This document shows, one piece after another, positions 19,968 through 30,557 of a stretch of 64,000 nt of DNA. This stretch comes from Candidatus Brocadiia bacterium. GTDB taxonomy: Bacteria; Planctomycetota; Brocadiia; SM23-32. Location: positions 32,001 to 96,000 of the forward strand of contig JBKHIT010000003.1 in assembly GCA_046538485.1 (NCBI GenBank). Direction: 5' to 3'. Within the stretch, counting starts at the first letter, position 1. The number at the start of each line of letters is the position of its first letter. The position numbers and the translations under genes were made by a program. The notes under the pieces were generated by a model. It was not told the DNA's origin. It worked only from the letters and a program-made list of their open reading frames with translations, and ran no database searches.

Positions 19968-20957
19968 ATGGATTCGTCGGATGTGAAAAAATCCCACCTG
20001 GAGAGCCCTCATGTGAGCATTGTTATCCCTGTGTACAACGAAGAGGGTAATATCGCGGAAGTCAGCGCTGAGATTGTTGAGGTTTTGGGACAACAGGAGT
20101 GGAGTTACGAACTGATCATAGTCGATGATGGCAGTACGGACGCGACTCTTGTCGAGGCGCAGAGGGTAGTGGCAGATCACGAGAGAGCGTGCGTAATCGA
20201 ACTGAGGAGAAATTACGGCAAATCCGCGGCGCTGAACGCCGGTTTCGACCATGCCTGCGGCGAAGTGGTGGTTACGATGGACGGGGATGGTCAGAACGAT
20301 CCCCGGGATATCCCGAAACTTGTTGACCAGTTGGGGGACGGATACGATGTCGTCAGCGGCTGGCGTCAGCACAGAAAAGAAAGATTCTGGCGGCTTATAC
20401 CGAGCCATATGGCAAATCGTCTAATCGGCTGGATAACCGAAGTTCATTTGCATGACTACGGGTGTTGTCTGAAAGCCTATCGTGCGTCTGTTTTGGAGGA
20501 TGTTCGCCTGTACGGGGAGATGCATCGGTTCGTCCCGGCTCTTGTCAGGTGGGTTGGCGGGGAAGTGACCGAACGACCGGTGAACGACCGTGCTCGGCAC
20601 GCGGGGAAGAGCAAATTTGACGGCATGGGACGCACGGTTGAAGTGCTGCTCGATCTTACTACCGTGAAGTTCATGATGCATTATCTTACCAAACCGCTGT
20701 ATTTTTTTGGTCGAATAGGCTTGCTCCTCATGTTTATGGCGTTTACGGTGCTGGGAGTTTTGATCTGGTTGAAGCTTGGGTACAGGATTAACATGACGGG
20801 AAACCCGCTGCTCTATTTGAGTATCACGTTTCTAATCATCAGTGTACAGATCTTCTTGATGGGGCTTATCATGGAGGTGTTAACGAGGACGTACCATGAG
20901 TCGCAAGGCCGTAAAATGTACGCTGTCAGGGAGGTTCATGGAGAGAAGGATGAATAG
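19968..20957 (+). CDS. GT2 polyprenol-phosphate glycosyltransferase (ArnC/GtrB/Dpm1-like)
   Basis: SIVIPVYNEE, VDDGSTD, RNYGKSAA, MDGDGQNDP, LYGEMHRF; two C-terminal TMs. Confidence 0.9.
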   Translation: MDSSDVKKSHLESPHVSIVIPVYNEEGNIAEVSAEIVEVLGQQEWSYELIIVDDGSTDATLVEAQRVVADHERACVIELRRNYGKSAALNAGFDHACGEVVVTMDGDGQNDPRDIPKLVDQLGDGYDVVSGWRQHRKERFWRLIPSHMANRLIGWITEVHLHDYGCCLKAYRASVLEDVRLYGEMHRFVPALVRWVGGEVTERPVNDRARHAGKSKFDGMGRTVEVLLDLTTVKFMMHYLTKPLYFFGRIGLLLMFMAFTVLGVLIWLKLGYRINMTGNPLLYLSITFLIISVQIFLMGLIMEVLTRTYHESQGRKMYAVREVHGEKDE

Positions 20958-20993
20958 AGGCGATTTTCGGTTTTTGGGTCGATTGATTAGCTT

Positions 20994-22163
20994 ATGAACA
21001 TTTTGATTGTGAATTACGAATTCCCTCCCGTTGGCGGGGGAGGAGGGCGAGCTGTTTACAAACTTGCCAGGCAGTGGGCGCGGACGGATAGCGTGGATTA
21101 CGTAACATTGCGGGCGGGAGATTTGAAGTCACGTGAGAATGTCGACGGCATACGATTGCATCGGGTGAGTTCTTTAGGCCGGGAAGATTTGAATGCTGCT
21201 CCTATTCGTTCGCTTCTATGGTACCCGGTAAGCGGCCTGCTACGAGGAATGGAACTGTTGAGTCGGCAAAGATATGACGTCATAAACAGTCATTTTGCTG
21301 TTCCTTCTGGATTGTTGGGCACGTTTCTTTCCGCCATTTGCGGTATCCCCCATGTAGCGTCGATCCACGGCATAGATATCTATGATCCTTCCCGCTGGAT
21401 ATCGCCACACGTTTGTTTTCCAGTCGGAATGGTGGTTCGCTGGGTCCTCCACCGGGCGAACCGAGTGATTGCTCAATCGACAGATACCGCCCAAAATGCT
21501 CAAAAGTATTACGGTAAAGATCTGGCACGAAAAATGGAGATTGTTCCTCTTGCTTTTGATCCAAAGGAACCCGAAAAGCTGGCGGGTGGAAGTTCGGCAA
21601 AACTGGAGGAAATGGGTTTAAGTTCGGATTCAGTTTGTTTGATTGGCGTGGGACGATTGGTGAAACGGAAGGGATTTGCCAATCTTATCCGTTCACTGCC
21701 TGAGTTGCCTGATCAAGTGCAGTTGTTAATCGTTGGTAACGGCCCCCAAAAGGAGGAACTGGTGCGTATTCGGACTTCCCTTGGTTTGGAAAAGCGTGTA
21801 GTGTTGGCCGATCACCTGACAGACAGGGATAAGTACCGATTTTTGAGGGCAGCGGATATATTTGTTTTGCCTTCTGAACACGAGGGTTTTGGCATAGTGT
21901 TGCAGGAAGCGATGTCGGTAGGATTGCCCATAGTTGCGACATCACACGGCGGGCAGACAGATCTCCTTGAAGATGGACTGAACGCCATCCTGATTGATTC
22001 AAGTGAGCCGAAATGCATTGCTGAAGGGATAATGCGATTGATAGAGAATCGTCAGCTCCGACGCCGAATGTCGAAAGCGAATCTCCAGCATATTCGCGAT
22101 TTTAACCCGCCTACAATAGCTTCGCGTTATATAAACATTTTTAGAGAAAACGTAAAAATTTGA
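20994..22163 (+). CDS. Glycosyltransferase family 4
   Basis: NYEFPPVGGGGG, GRLVKRKG, EGFGIVLQEAM. Confidence 0.9.
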   Translation: MNILIVNYEFPPVGGGGGRAVYKLARQWARTDSVDYVTLRAGDLKSRENVDGIRLHRVSSLGREDLNAAPIRSLLWYPVSGLLRGMELLSRQRYDVINSHFAVPSGLLGTFLSAICGIPHVASIHGIDIYDPSRWISPHVCFPVGMVVRWVLHRANRVIAQSTDTAQNAQKYYGKDLARKMEIVPLAFDPKEPEKLAGGSSAKLEEMGLSSDSVCLIGVGRLVKRKGFANLIRSLPELPDQVQLLIVGNGPQKEELVRIRTSLGLEKRVVLADHLTDRDKYRFLRAADIFVLPSEHEGFGIVLQEAMSVGLPIVATSHGGQTDLLEDGLNAILIDSSEPKCIAEGIMRLIENRQLRRRMSKANLQHIRDFNPPTIASRYINIFRENVKI

Positions 22164-22425
22164 CTTCTGCCGGGAATTAAGCTCGATCTTATCAGATTAC
22201 CTCTGCTTGATATGAGATTGTGAAAGCTCAAATAGGAGTAGGGCTTCAATATTTTGATTTTCATGCCGTGGTCGACCAGAATGGCGCGTAAAGGTCGCTG
22301 ACTGGACAGACCACGCGCAGAATGATATGAGGGGTTTAAAACCCGAGTGTAATACTATGTATGAAGGACTTGGAAAACCCAATCGACTGGAGTGGAAATC
22401 CTGTTTTGTTGGGAGTAAACGGGAT

Positions 22426-23763
22426 ATGAAACGCGTACTGATGATCGTATACTATTATCCGCCATGGGGCGGAGCGGGTGTGCAGCGAACGGTGAAGTTT
22501 GCGAAATATCTTCCCTCCTTTGGATGGGAGCCTGTTGTCGTGACGCCAGAACGGCCTCTCTGCACTCTGCCGGTGAAGGACGAGACGCTTTGCGAGGAAG
22601 TTGCTGATGTCAAAGCGTATTACACCCCGACCCTGGAGCCATCGGACATATATCGCCTGTTCCCGCGAGCCGAGAGCGGGGGAAGCGGGGAGGATGAAAG
22701 CTCATCTGGATCGCGGCTGAAAAGATATTTGGCAAAAGGTATTGGTCTCAGTGCGAAGAAAATGGTAAAGAGGCTGTTTTATTCCATTTGCATCCCTGAT
22801 TCGCAGGCCATGTGGTATTTTCTCTCGCGGAACCGGGCCGTGCAGATTGCACGCGAGAATCATGTGGATGCCATCTATTCCAGTTCACCAAAGCCGACAG
22901 TAAATTTGTTGGCGGCGTACGTGAGAAAAAAGACCAAATTACCGTGGCTGGCAGATTTCCGGGATCCCTGGGATTATCAGAAGTCTATGCTCCCGGGTTT
23001 GCGGTGTCTTGACCGGAATTTAGAAAGGACAACGCTTGAAAATGCATCGCACGTATGTGTGGTGCGGAAAAGTCACAAGGAAAGAATGGTTCAAAACTTA
23101 CCATATCTGTTTTCTGACGATGTAACCGTCATCAGGAATGGGTACGATGAAGAGGATTTAGCCTCTGCCGGTACCAGGCAATTTTCTAAATTTACGATCG
23201 TATATGCGGGCGAATTTTACGATGCTCGGTTGCCCGGCCCCCTTTTAAAAGCTGTAAGGAAGCTTCGGAATGATTTCCCTGATATCGGCCGAGATCTCCA
23301 ATTGAAAGTTGTTGGTGAACCAGATCGGCAACTCTTCCGTTTGTGCAAAAAATACGAAGTATCCGATTGTGTCGCACACGAAGGATATAAGACACACGAG
23401 GTCGCATTGTCTTACATGAAAGGTGCTCATCTGTTGTACCTTGATACGATGGGCAATTGCGTTCCGGGGAAAACGTACGAGTATCTTGCGGCCGGGCCAC
23501 CCATTCTTGCTCTTCTCAAAGAAAATACAGAGGTCGCTCAAATGATCCGTGAGGCGGATGCCGGAACTGTGGTGGACCCGAGTGACACCTCTCGCGCATC
23601 AGAAACCATTGCGAGATACTACAGACGTTACAACGCTGGCGAATTGAAAAATAACAGCCGAAAGAATCCGCGAATTAGCCGCTACGAACGGCGTAACCAG
23701 ACACAACGTCTGGCAGGCCTTATGGATCAAATAATCGGAATGCCTGTGCGTGACTCGAAGTGA
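22426..23763 (+). CDS. Glycosyltransferase family 4-like (GT-B)
   Basis: YYYPPWGGAGVQRTVKFAKYL, ADFRDPW, NGYDEED, PGKTYEYLAAG. Start set at ATG 22426. Confidence 0.85.
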   Translation: MKRVLMIVYYYPPWGGAGVQRTVKFAKYLPSFGWEPVVVTPERPLCTLPVKDETLCEEVADVKAYYTPTLEPSDIYRLFPRAESGGSGEDESSSGSRLKRYLAKGIGLSAKKMVKRLFYSICIPDSQAMWYFLSRNRAVQIARENHVDAIYSSSPKPTVNLLAAYVRKKTKLPWLADFRDPWDYQKSMLPGLRCLDRNLERTTLENASHVCVVRKSHKERMVQNLPYLFSDDVTVIRNGYDEEDLASAGTRQFSKFTIVYAGEFYDARLPGPLLKAVRKLRNDFPDIGRDLQLKVVGEPDRQLFRLCKKYEVSDCVAHEGYKTHEVALSYMKGAHLLYLDTMGNCVPGKTYEYLAAGPPILALLKENTEVAQMIREADAGTVVDPSDTSRASETIARYYRRYNAGELKNNSRKNPRISRYERRNQTQRLAGLMDQIIGMPVRDSK

Positions 23764-23764
23764 G

Positions 23765-24874
23765 CTATTCGCAACTTTTCCTCTCGAGTTCCTTGCAAGC
23801 TTTGTCATACAGTCTGGCGGTCCGCTGCCAGGTCAATTTCTCCGCGCCTCCTCGGGCAGCTTTTCCGTAGCGGCCGCGAAGCTCAGAATCCTGAATGAGT
23901 TTCCGCACGGCCTGCGCGAGAGAGTTTACGTCCCGCGGTTCCACCAGCAGGCCCGTCCGCCCGTTGATAACCGCGTCTTTCAGCCCTGTTATGTCATAGC
24001 CCACAACGGGTTTCCCACATGCAGCGGCTTCCAGCGCGACCTGACCCCAGCCCTCTCGTCTCGAGGGCATGCAGACAAGAATACAGTTCTGAAGCAAACG
24101 AACCTTTTTTTCGCCTTCAACCCAGCCCGGAAAGTCGACCCATTGCTCAATCCCTGCCCGATGAATAAGCTTTTTGAGCTCACGTTCGTCGGGGCCCGTT
24201 CCCCCAATAACAAGGCGAATATCAGGAAAATCTTTCTTTACACGCGCAAATGCTTCGACCAGATGGTTAAGCCCTTTATGGTCGATGTCAATTCTGCCGA
24301 GGTACAAAATGTAGTTTTCGTGGCCTTCCTGGCATTCGAACCGAGAAATATCAATCCCGGGCGGAATAACTTTGATTGCGGGGAAGAAAGGGCACCGCTT
24401 TCTAATATTGGATGCCAAGCTGGATGAAAGGGCAATGCCGCCTTGAAAGTGCCTGAGGTTGTGTTTGAGGCGCGCTCTCAGCAAAGGCGCGGCCCGTGGA
24501 TGCTTTTCCAGTGCCTCGAACGGATCCAAACGAAAGTCCGCGATCGCCGGCTTGCGGGATACGCACGGGGCAAACGTGGGACTGAACGCGCTGATGGTCT
24601 CAACGAGAATATCATACGAGCCCTGACTGACGCGTTCCAGAGACCTCAGGCAGTATCCCAGCCGGCTGCAGAGTTTTCCAGGAAGGCGATACCCGTGGCG
24701 GTATTGCACGCCATTGACCGTGCTGCGCACCGGCCCGCCCGGCCAGCCTGGCGTCACCACTTCGATTTCGTGATTCTCTTTGAGTCCGGAGCAGAGACGA
24801 TTGATCTGATAGGCTTCCCCACCCCCAAACCAGGGGTTATCGGCATGATCGGAACTGAGGAACAGTATTTTCAT
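23765..24874 (-). CDS. Glycosyltransferase family 4
   Basis: NPWFGGG, YLGRIDIDHKG, EGWGQVALEAAACGKPVV. Confidence 0.9.
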   Translation of the reverse strand: MKILFLSSDHADNPWFGGGEAYQINRLCSGLKENHEIEVVTPGWPGGPVRSTVNGVQYRHGYRLPGKLCSRLGYCLRSLERVSQGSYDILVETISAFSPTFAPCVSRKPAIADFRLDPFEALEKHPRAAPLLRARLKHNLRHFQGGIALSSSLASNIRKRCPFFPAIKVIPPGIDISRFECQEGHENYILYLGRIDIDHKGLNHLVEAFARVKKDFPDIRLVIGGTGPDERELKKLIHRAGIEQWVDFPGWVEGEKKVRLLQNCILVCMPSRREGWGQVALEAAACGKPVVGYDITGLKDAVINGRTGLLVEPRDVNSLAQAVRKLIQDSELRGRYGKAARGGAEKLTWQRTARLYDKACKELERKSCE

Positions 24875-25171
24875 GGGGTTTTTCCCAATGGCCCCTGATT
24901 AAATTGTGCCGCAAAAAGAGCTTAACCGTCCTATCTCGACATTGATAGCATACTTTAAGCGCCTCACGTTGGGCAAATAGACGCACTGGGCCGCCGAAAA
25001 AACTCTTCTCGAATCAATGCAAAGACGAAATCATCCGGCCATATTGCCAACACATCCGCACGAACTTTTACTCGACTCAGAAAAGCATGTGCATTATTGT
25101 GTTGGAAAGTTCACATTACCTGCACGGACGTTACTTGTCGCGGTATCTCCTTTTCGCAAGAGGCTTTTGCA

Positions 25172-26575
25172 ATGGTGCATCAGGACGAATCGGCGGATTG
25201 CCAGACCCAGGTGCAGGAACCGAATGATCCGCATGACGAAAATCCATGGGGCGGGAAAGAGTTCGGTCTTGCGGTTCTGCTGTTTGCGTTTGTCTTCGCT
25301 CAGCGTGGGATCCAGGGACAGAATGATCTCTCCCGTTTCGTCGCCATCGATAGTCTCGTCAATCGCGGGACCTGGCAGATCGAGGGGTCTGCCTGGGCCG
25401 AAAAGCGTCAAACCCGGGACGGGCGCAGCTACATGCTGATGAACGATGTGGTCAAACATCCGCATAACGGTCACCTGTATTCCAGCAAACCTCCGGTCCT
25501 GAGTTTCATGGCGGCGGGAATACTGCGAATATTTCAATGGGTCGGAGCGCAGTTCCATTTTCAAAGACCATACGATGCCAAACCGACGTTCCTGTTGACG
25601 TGGTTGGTTGTTGGTAGCCTGGTCGCACTGGCATTCTACGGGATGCGCCGGGAAGCTGGCCGCTTGCTCCCATCCCGAACCGCCAACCTGGCGACAGTGT
25701 TGGCTCTGGGAGGCACGCTTTTTCTGGCATATTCCACGACATTCAACAATCATACCGTCGCGGCCACTTTGATCCTGACGGCATTTTTCGGGCTGGGTAT
25801 GGCCGAAGGCAACAAAGAACCCCCGCCGCTGTCGGTTCTGGGCGCCGGGTTCTGTATGGGGTGGGCTCTGGTGATTGATATCCCCGCTGGCGGGGCTTTT
25901 GGCCTGGCCTTCGGCCTCTACATCATTTTTCACCTGCGTTCGATCGGCAAGCTGAGCCTGTTCGGAATCGGCGCATTGCCGGCGTTTCTGCTTCACTGCG
26001 GAATTCAATACCCCATTTGGGAAAGCATCCTGCCGGTTCAAGTTATGGACAATCTCGGCCACCTGGAGGGCAGTTATTGGCAAAATCCCGTCGGACCGGA
26101 TACCTGGAATATTCCCCGCTGGAAATACTGGCTCCTCACGCTGTTCAGCATGCGCGGACTTTTCACCCTCAGCCCGGTCCTGCTTTTTGGGGCCGCCGGC
26201 CTGGCCGATAATATGCGTAACGGAGAGGCAGAAACGCTAAAAGGAACAAGAGGCCAGAAGATTGCGGCCCTTGCGGTTGGGTTTGGAGTATTGGTCAACA
26301 TCATTTATTACAGTTTGGAAGCACCGACCAATTTTGGCGGATCCTGTTTTGGATTCCGATGGTACATTGGATTTACGCCCCTGCTATCCTGGTATGCAAT
26401 ATCTTATTTTGCGTCGCACCGCGATGACGAGCGTGTGCGTCGATTGTTCTACATTCTGGGCCTGATTTCCGTAACCTATGCGCTCATCGGCATGCAAGAC
26501 CCCTGGCAATTGATGGAAAATAATGCTCATCCCGCTGTCCGAATATTATTACTGCTGCGGGGATTCGCAGGCTGA
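25172..26575 (+). CDS. Multi-TM membrane protein, putative GT-C fold glycosyltransferase (paralogue 1)
   Basis: QNDLSR in first loop, YSSKPP, YSTTFNNH, GGSCFGFRW; about 10-11 TMs. Start set at ATG 25172. Confidence 0.65.
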   Translation: MVHQDESADCQTQVQEPNDPHDENPWGGKEFGLAVLLFAFVFAQRGIQGQNDLSRFVAIDSLVNRGTWQIEGSAWAEKRQTRDGRSYMLMNDVVKHPHNGHLYSSKPPVLSFMAAGILRIFQWVGAQFHFQRPYDAKPTFLLTWLVVGSLVALAFYGMRREAGRLLPSRTANLATVLALGGTLFLAYSTTFNNHTVAATLILTAFFGLGMAEGNKEPPPLSVLGAGFCMGWALVIDIPAGGAFGLAFGLYIIFHLRSIGKLSLFGIGALPAFLLHCGIQYPIWESILPVQVMDNLGHLEGSYWQNPVGPDTWNIPRWKYWLLTLFSMRGLFTLSPVLLFGAAGLADNMRNGEAETLKGTRGQKIAALAVGFGVLVNIIYYSLEAPTNFGGSCFGFRWYIGFTPLLSWYAISYFASHRDDERVRRLFYILGLISVTYALIGMQDPWQLMENNAHPAVRILLLLRGFAG

Positions 26576-26644
26576 GATTTGAATAGAAAAAGTTATCAAA
26601 ACCAATTCGTGATACATTAATGCGGTCGAGGATTTGGGGATAAA

Positions 26645-28018
26645 ATGAGAACAAATGGCAAGGAAGAAAGTCGGGGAGTTGAGATCGAGCATGCCCGCCG
26701 GCTTGCCCTGTTCGTCTTGCTATTCCTCTTCGTCTTCACTCACCGAGGCATTTTAGGCCAAAATGACCTCAGCCGTTTTGTAGCCGTTGATAGCATAGTT
26801 AACAGGGGCGTTTTCTATATCGATGACTCCAGATATCTGCAGCAGTCATCGGAAATGGGAAAAGACGGGTCTCTTTTTTTGCACAACATCGCATACAATC
26901 GACAAAATAGCCATTGGTATACCACAAAGTCACCTGTCCTCACGGTTTTGCTGGCCGGAGTGCTTAATATTTTTCGCCTGCTCGGTGCCGAGTTCAGTTT
27001 TCAAGGACATCGGGCAGCGATACCAACATTTGTTTTGACCTGGCTTCTCATCGGTTCTTTAACGAGCCTGGCGGTCTATTTTTTCCGAAGAAACGTTACC
27101 CCTTGGGTTGCCGGCCTCGAAGCGGATCTCGTGGTGGTTTTAACCCTCGGCGGTACCATTTATTTGTCGTATTCAACAACGATGAACCATCATACTTTCG
27201 CGGCGTCTCTTATTTTGATTTCCTTTTTCATTTTGCGTATGCCGGAAGCTTGTGTGGATATTCCGCCGGCCCGGGCGGCCACTGCGGGCCTGCTTATGAG
27301 TCTGGCGACGGTTGTCGGTTGGGCGGACGGTTTAGCTTTTTCACTGGCTTTTGGTCTTTATCTGATTTTTTATGTCCGTTCCTGTCGGTCAATTGCCGCG
27401 TATTGCCTTGGGGCAATTCCGCTGCTGGCGCTTCATTGCGCCCTCCAATACCCGATATGGCGTAATGTTGTTCCATTCGAACTGATTGGGGCCACCGACT
27501 ATCATGCAGGGCCGTATTTGAAACTTTCCTTGCGACAGTTCACCTGGGCGATCCCGCGTTACAAATACTGGTTGCTGACTTTGATCAGTACCCAGGGACT
27601 CTTTGTCTTGAGTCCAATTGTTCTGATTGGTGTGGCGGGGATAGGTGACGCTGTCCGGGGATCCTGGCATGGTTGGCGAGGGGGGGAACGTTCAGATGCT
27701 TCTCGCGGCCATGTCGCACTGACCGTTGTTTTCGGGATTATTCTTCTGGTTTCGTATTACAGTTTCTTCTCCAGTCGGGATCTGGGCGGTGCTTGTTTTG
27801 GATTCCGACAATACATCGGTTTTATTCCGTTGCTGTCCTACTACGCTGTAAGCTATTACTCACGGCACAGGGACGAAACGTATTTCCAGGCGTTTTTTTA
27901 CCTGTTTGGTATAATTTCTTTGATGTATGCCCTTATTGGCATGCAGAAACCCTGGACGCTGATGGAAAACAATATGCATCCCGCTGTTCAGGCTTTGCTA
28001 CGGATTCGGGGTTTTTGA
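26645..28018 (+). CDS. Multi-TM membrane protein, putative GT-C fold glycosyltransferase (paralogue 2)
   Basis: Collinear with the upstream gene: QNDLSRFVAVDS, YTTKSP, YSTTMNHH, GGACFGFRQY, MENNMHPAV. Confidence 0.65.
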   Translation: MRTNGKEESRGVEIEHARRLALFVLLFLFVFTHRGILGQNDLSRFVAVDSIVNRGVFYIDDSRYLQQSSEMGKDGSLFLHNIAYNRQNSHWYTTKSPVLTVLLAGVLNIFRLLGAEFSFQGHRAAIPTFVLTWLLIGSLTSLAVYFFRRNVTPWVAGLEADLVVVLTLGGTIYLSYSTTMNHHTFAASLILISFFILRMPEACVDIPPARAATAGLLMSLATVVGWADGLAFSLAFGLYLIFYVRSCRSIAAYCLGAIPLLALHCALQYPIWRNVVPFELIGATDYHAGPYLKLSLRQFTWAIPRYKYWLLTLISTQGLFVLSPIVLIGVAGIGDAVRGSWHGWRGGERSDASRGHVALTVVFGIILLVSYYSFFSSRDLGGACFGFRQYIGFIPLLSYYAVSYYSRHRDETYFQAFFYLFGIISLMYALIGMQKPWTLMENNMHPAVQALLRIRGF

Positions 28019-28055
28019 GTGTGAGGGCACCGGGATGTTTTTTGGTGTAAGTCCA

Positions 28056-28709
28056 TCAAGTATTCTCCGCTTCTGGTTCGGAATTTTTGGCGCCAGGTCC
28101 GGGCAGCGTGGTGACGACGTTCTCGGTCTCTTCAGGGGTCCCAATGCCGGCCGTAAGGCTGGTTTTAAGAAGATCTTCGACCGACATTCCTTCGATTTCT
28201 TGGACGTTTCCTTCCCCTACGTAAACGGTGAAACCACCCAACTGATAGCTCATCGGGAGATAGACGGCAATGCGGCCTTTTTCCGCTTTTCCAACGGTTT
28301 TCTCGGGTTCTTTTTGTGTGATCAATCCGAGCATATGGACGGTATCATCGCGCAGGGAGATCCGGGCCGGGACGCCGCGTGTGCGTGCGTCCGTGCCCCC
28401 GAGGAACTGTAGCAAATCTTTGATACTTGAATAGAGACTTTTAACGAGGGGGATTCGCTCGACTATGGCTTCGCCCAGGCCGACCAGTTTTCTAAAGATC
28501 CAGTTGCGTGCGCCAAGGCCCACAAGATATATTCCGGCGAACGCGAGCACAACACCCAGTCCCGGCACCGCGGGCAGACCAGCTGCTTTCAGAGCAGAAC
28601 GAACTGAACTATCAAGCCAGACCATAGCTCGAAAACAAACGTAAATCGTCAGAACAGCGGGAGTCGTGACAATAATCCCCTGCATGAATGTCCGGAATAC
28701 CGATCGCAT
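28056..28709 (-). CDS. DUF502-family membrane protein
   Basis: Two N-terminal TMs, RIPLVKSLYSSIKD, AVYLPMSYQLGG, MSVED. Confidence 0.85.
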   Translation of the reverse strand: MRSVFRTFMQGIIVTTPAVLTIYVCFRAMVWLDSSVRSALKAAGLPAVPGLGVVLAFAGIYLVGLGARNWIFRKLVGLGEAIVERIPLVKSLYSSIKDLLQFLGGTDARTRGVPARISLRDDTVHMLGLITQKEPEKTVGKAEKGRIAVYLPMSYQLGGFTVYVGEGNVQEIEGMSVEDLLKTSLTAGIGTPEETENVVTTLPGPGAKNSEPEAENT

Positions 28710-28852
28710 GATGTGCTCCTACTTTAAAAATTAGCGTTTGCCAGGATCGCGAGATGTAAAGTGACGATTATAATCCAAACCATGTCTTTCCGTTGAGTGC
28801 ATATCCGTCTGAACTGTGCCTCAAAAAGGCTTGATCGATTGCAAAAAAAGTC

Positions 28853-28881
28853 TTGACATCGGGGAATGATTTTTGTAGTAT
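28853..28881 (+). promoter_or_regulatory. Sigma70-type promoter
   Basis: TTGACA-17 bp-TAGTAT. Confidence 0.6.
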
Positions 28882-29166
28882 TAATCGCCTTCAGGCAAAT
28901 TGATAGCGGTTGAGGTGTCTCTACAGTTACCTGAACGCTATTTTCGGGCGATTGCCTGATATTTTTTGACGGTAAAATTTGCTCGATTGCCGTACGAGAT
29001 TGACAGCTAACACCGCAACGGTGGACGCCTCCACACGCATTTTCCATCCGTTTCTAACAATTTTCCATGTGTTCGACAGTGGAGTGTATGTCCGTCGGAG
29101 TTGTTTATACAGTTGAAGTTTACCTGAGAGTTGAAAAAAAATGATCGGAAGAAGGAGGTGAAGATT

Positions 29167-29376
29167 ATGGGAAAAGGCGAAAACACTTCGGATACCCCGA
29201 AGAACAAGAAAGATCGGTTGCATTTTATCAAACAACGGCATCGGGAGCTGATTCTCGACCGGCGTGAAGGCCTGACTGACGGAATGCTTGAAGACGAAGC
29301 CGATGCTCACCACATGCTGGATGAACGCGAAGATCTACAGTTTATTGAAGAACTCGAAACCCAGGCCCGTATCTGA
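29167..29376 (+). CDS. Small hypothetical protein (69 aa; basic N-terminus, acidic C-terminus)
   Basis: Strong SD AGGAGGTG before ATG 29167; downstream of the promoter above. Confidence 0.65.
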   Translation: MGKGENTSDTPKNKKDRLHFIKQRHRELILDRREGLTDGMLEDEADAHHMLDEREDLQFIEELETQARI

Positions 29377-29394
29377 ATTTAGTTTGGGTCTGAT

Positions 29395-30405
29395 TTACCG
29401 GGCGAGAGCGACCAGGAACCCCTCAAACCAGGTTTCTCTTTCCGCCGCCTGAAGCGATTTGGTCTTCAGTTCAACATCGGCTTCCGCCAGCTGGTTGATG
29501 CATTGCGAAAGCCATTCACCAGACCGTTTTCCCACAGCTTTGGCGGCACGTCTGACAGCGAATTGGGGGAGCCCTACCTTATTTGCAATTTGTTTCTGGC
29601 TGGCGCCCGTCGCCCGAAGCCTTTTGACCCGCCATAATGTTCTCATCTGGCTCCCCAAGAAGCCTATCATACCGGTAGGAGTTTCTCCCCGTAAAAGGAG
29701 ATGGTCTGCCAACCGTATGGCGGTAGATACATCTCCACGGGCGATTGCGTGGCTTAAATCAAATATGGATCGAGAGCGGCTTTGGGGCACCAGTTCGGCC
29801 ACATGCTCTTCGGTGAGTGTGTTTTCGGAATCGGCATACAGGCACAGTTTCTCTAATTCTCGACTCAGTGCTGCCAGATCCGCCCCGATTGCTTCCAGGA
29901 GAGAATCTGCAGCGCGCGGTGTGAGCGTCTTCCCTTCACGGGAAGCACGCTCGTTCAACCAGCGTCGGGCTTTTTTCCACCGGAGTTTACTACAATCTAC
30001 AATTGTCGCAAACTCAGCAATGGCTTTTGCACCTTTCCGCCGCCGGTCAAGTTTTTTACAGCACAGGAGCAGAACGCCTTCTGCCGGCGGATTTTCCAGA
30101 TATTCTTGAACCCGATCTCCGTAATCATCAAGGAATTTCTGTCCATCCCGCACGATAACGAGTCTTTTGCCTTCCATGCCCATGAAAGGCCGCGTGTATA
30201 ATTCGTCGAAAACAGTCGGTGCATCCGGAAGATCTTCATGGTCCGTGGTAATACTACCTGGCAGATCTTCGGTTTCAAGAGCCGATCGAATCGCAGAGAG
30301 GCAAGCGGACACGAGAGAGGTGTCTTCACCGACGAGGGCATAAGCGGGACAAAGCCCCTTCTCTTTTAGATGGCGGGCGAAATCAAGCGCTTGTACTTCC
30401 GACAT
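29395..30405 (-). CDS. holA: DNA polymerase III delta subunit
   Basis: YALVGED, PFMG..RLVIV, LDRR, ELEKLCLY, SIFDL, ADVELK. Start set at ATG 30405. Confidence 0.88.
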   Translation of the reverse strand: MSEVQALDFARHLKEKGLCPAYALVGEDTSLVSACLSAIRSALETEDLPGSITTDHEDLPDAPTVFDELYTRPFMGMEGKRLVIVRDGQKFLDDYGDRVQEYLENPPAEGVLLLCCKKLDRRRKGAKAIAEFATIVDCSKLRWKKARRWLNERASREGKTLTPRAADSLLEAIGADLAALSRELEKLCLYADSENTLTEEHVAELVPQSRSRSIFDLSHAIARGDVSTAIRLADHLLLRGETPTGMIGFLGSQMRTLWRVKRLRATGASQKQIANKVGLPQFAVRRAAKAVGKRSGEWLSQCINQLAEADVELKTKSLQAAERETWFEGFLVALAR

Positions 30406-30557
30406 TTTCTTCTCCCGAATGTGACAGAAGAGAATTTTAGCAAAGATATGGGGCATTATAAAAGGAGTTTCCTGATGATTCTATTAAGCACGCTGATATG
30501 TTGATGATACAATGCTATCCAAAAGAGATACAAGCATGTATACGGAAAGGGACGAAC

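Noticed and set aside
28891..28968. Purine riboswitch suggested by gtctctac and aggcaa/ttgcctga
   Set aside because: The elements are in the wrong order and the TATAAT/ATATGG and CCGTAAA loops are missing; kept only as an unclassified structured RNA candidate.
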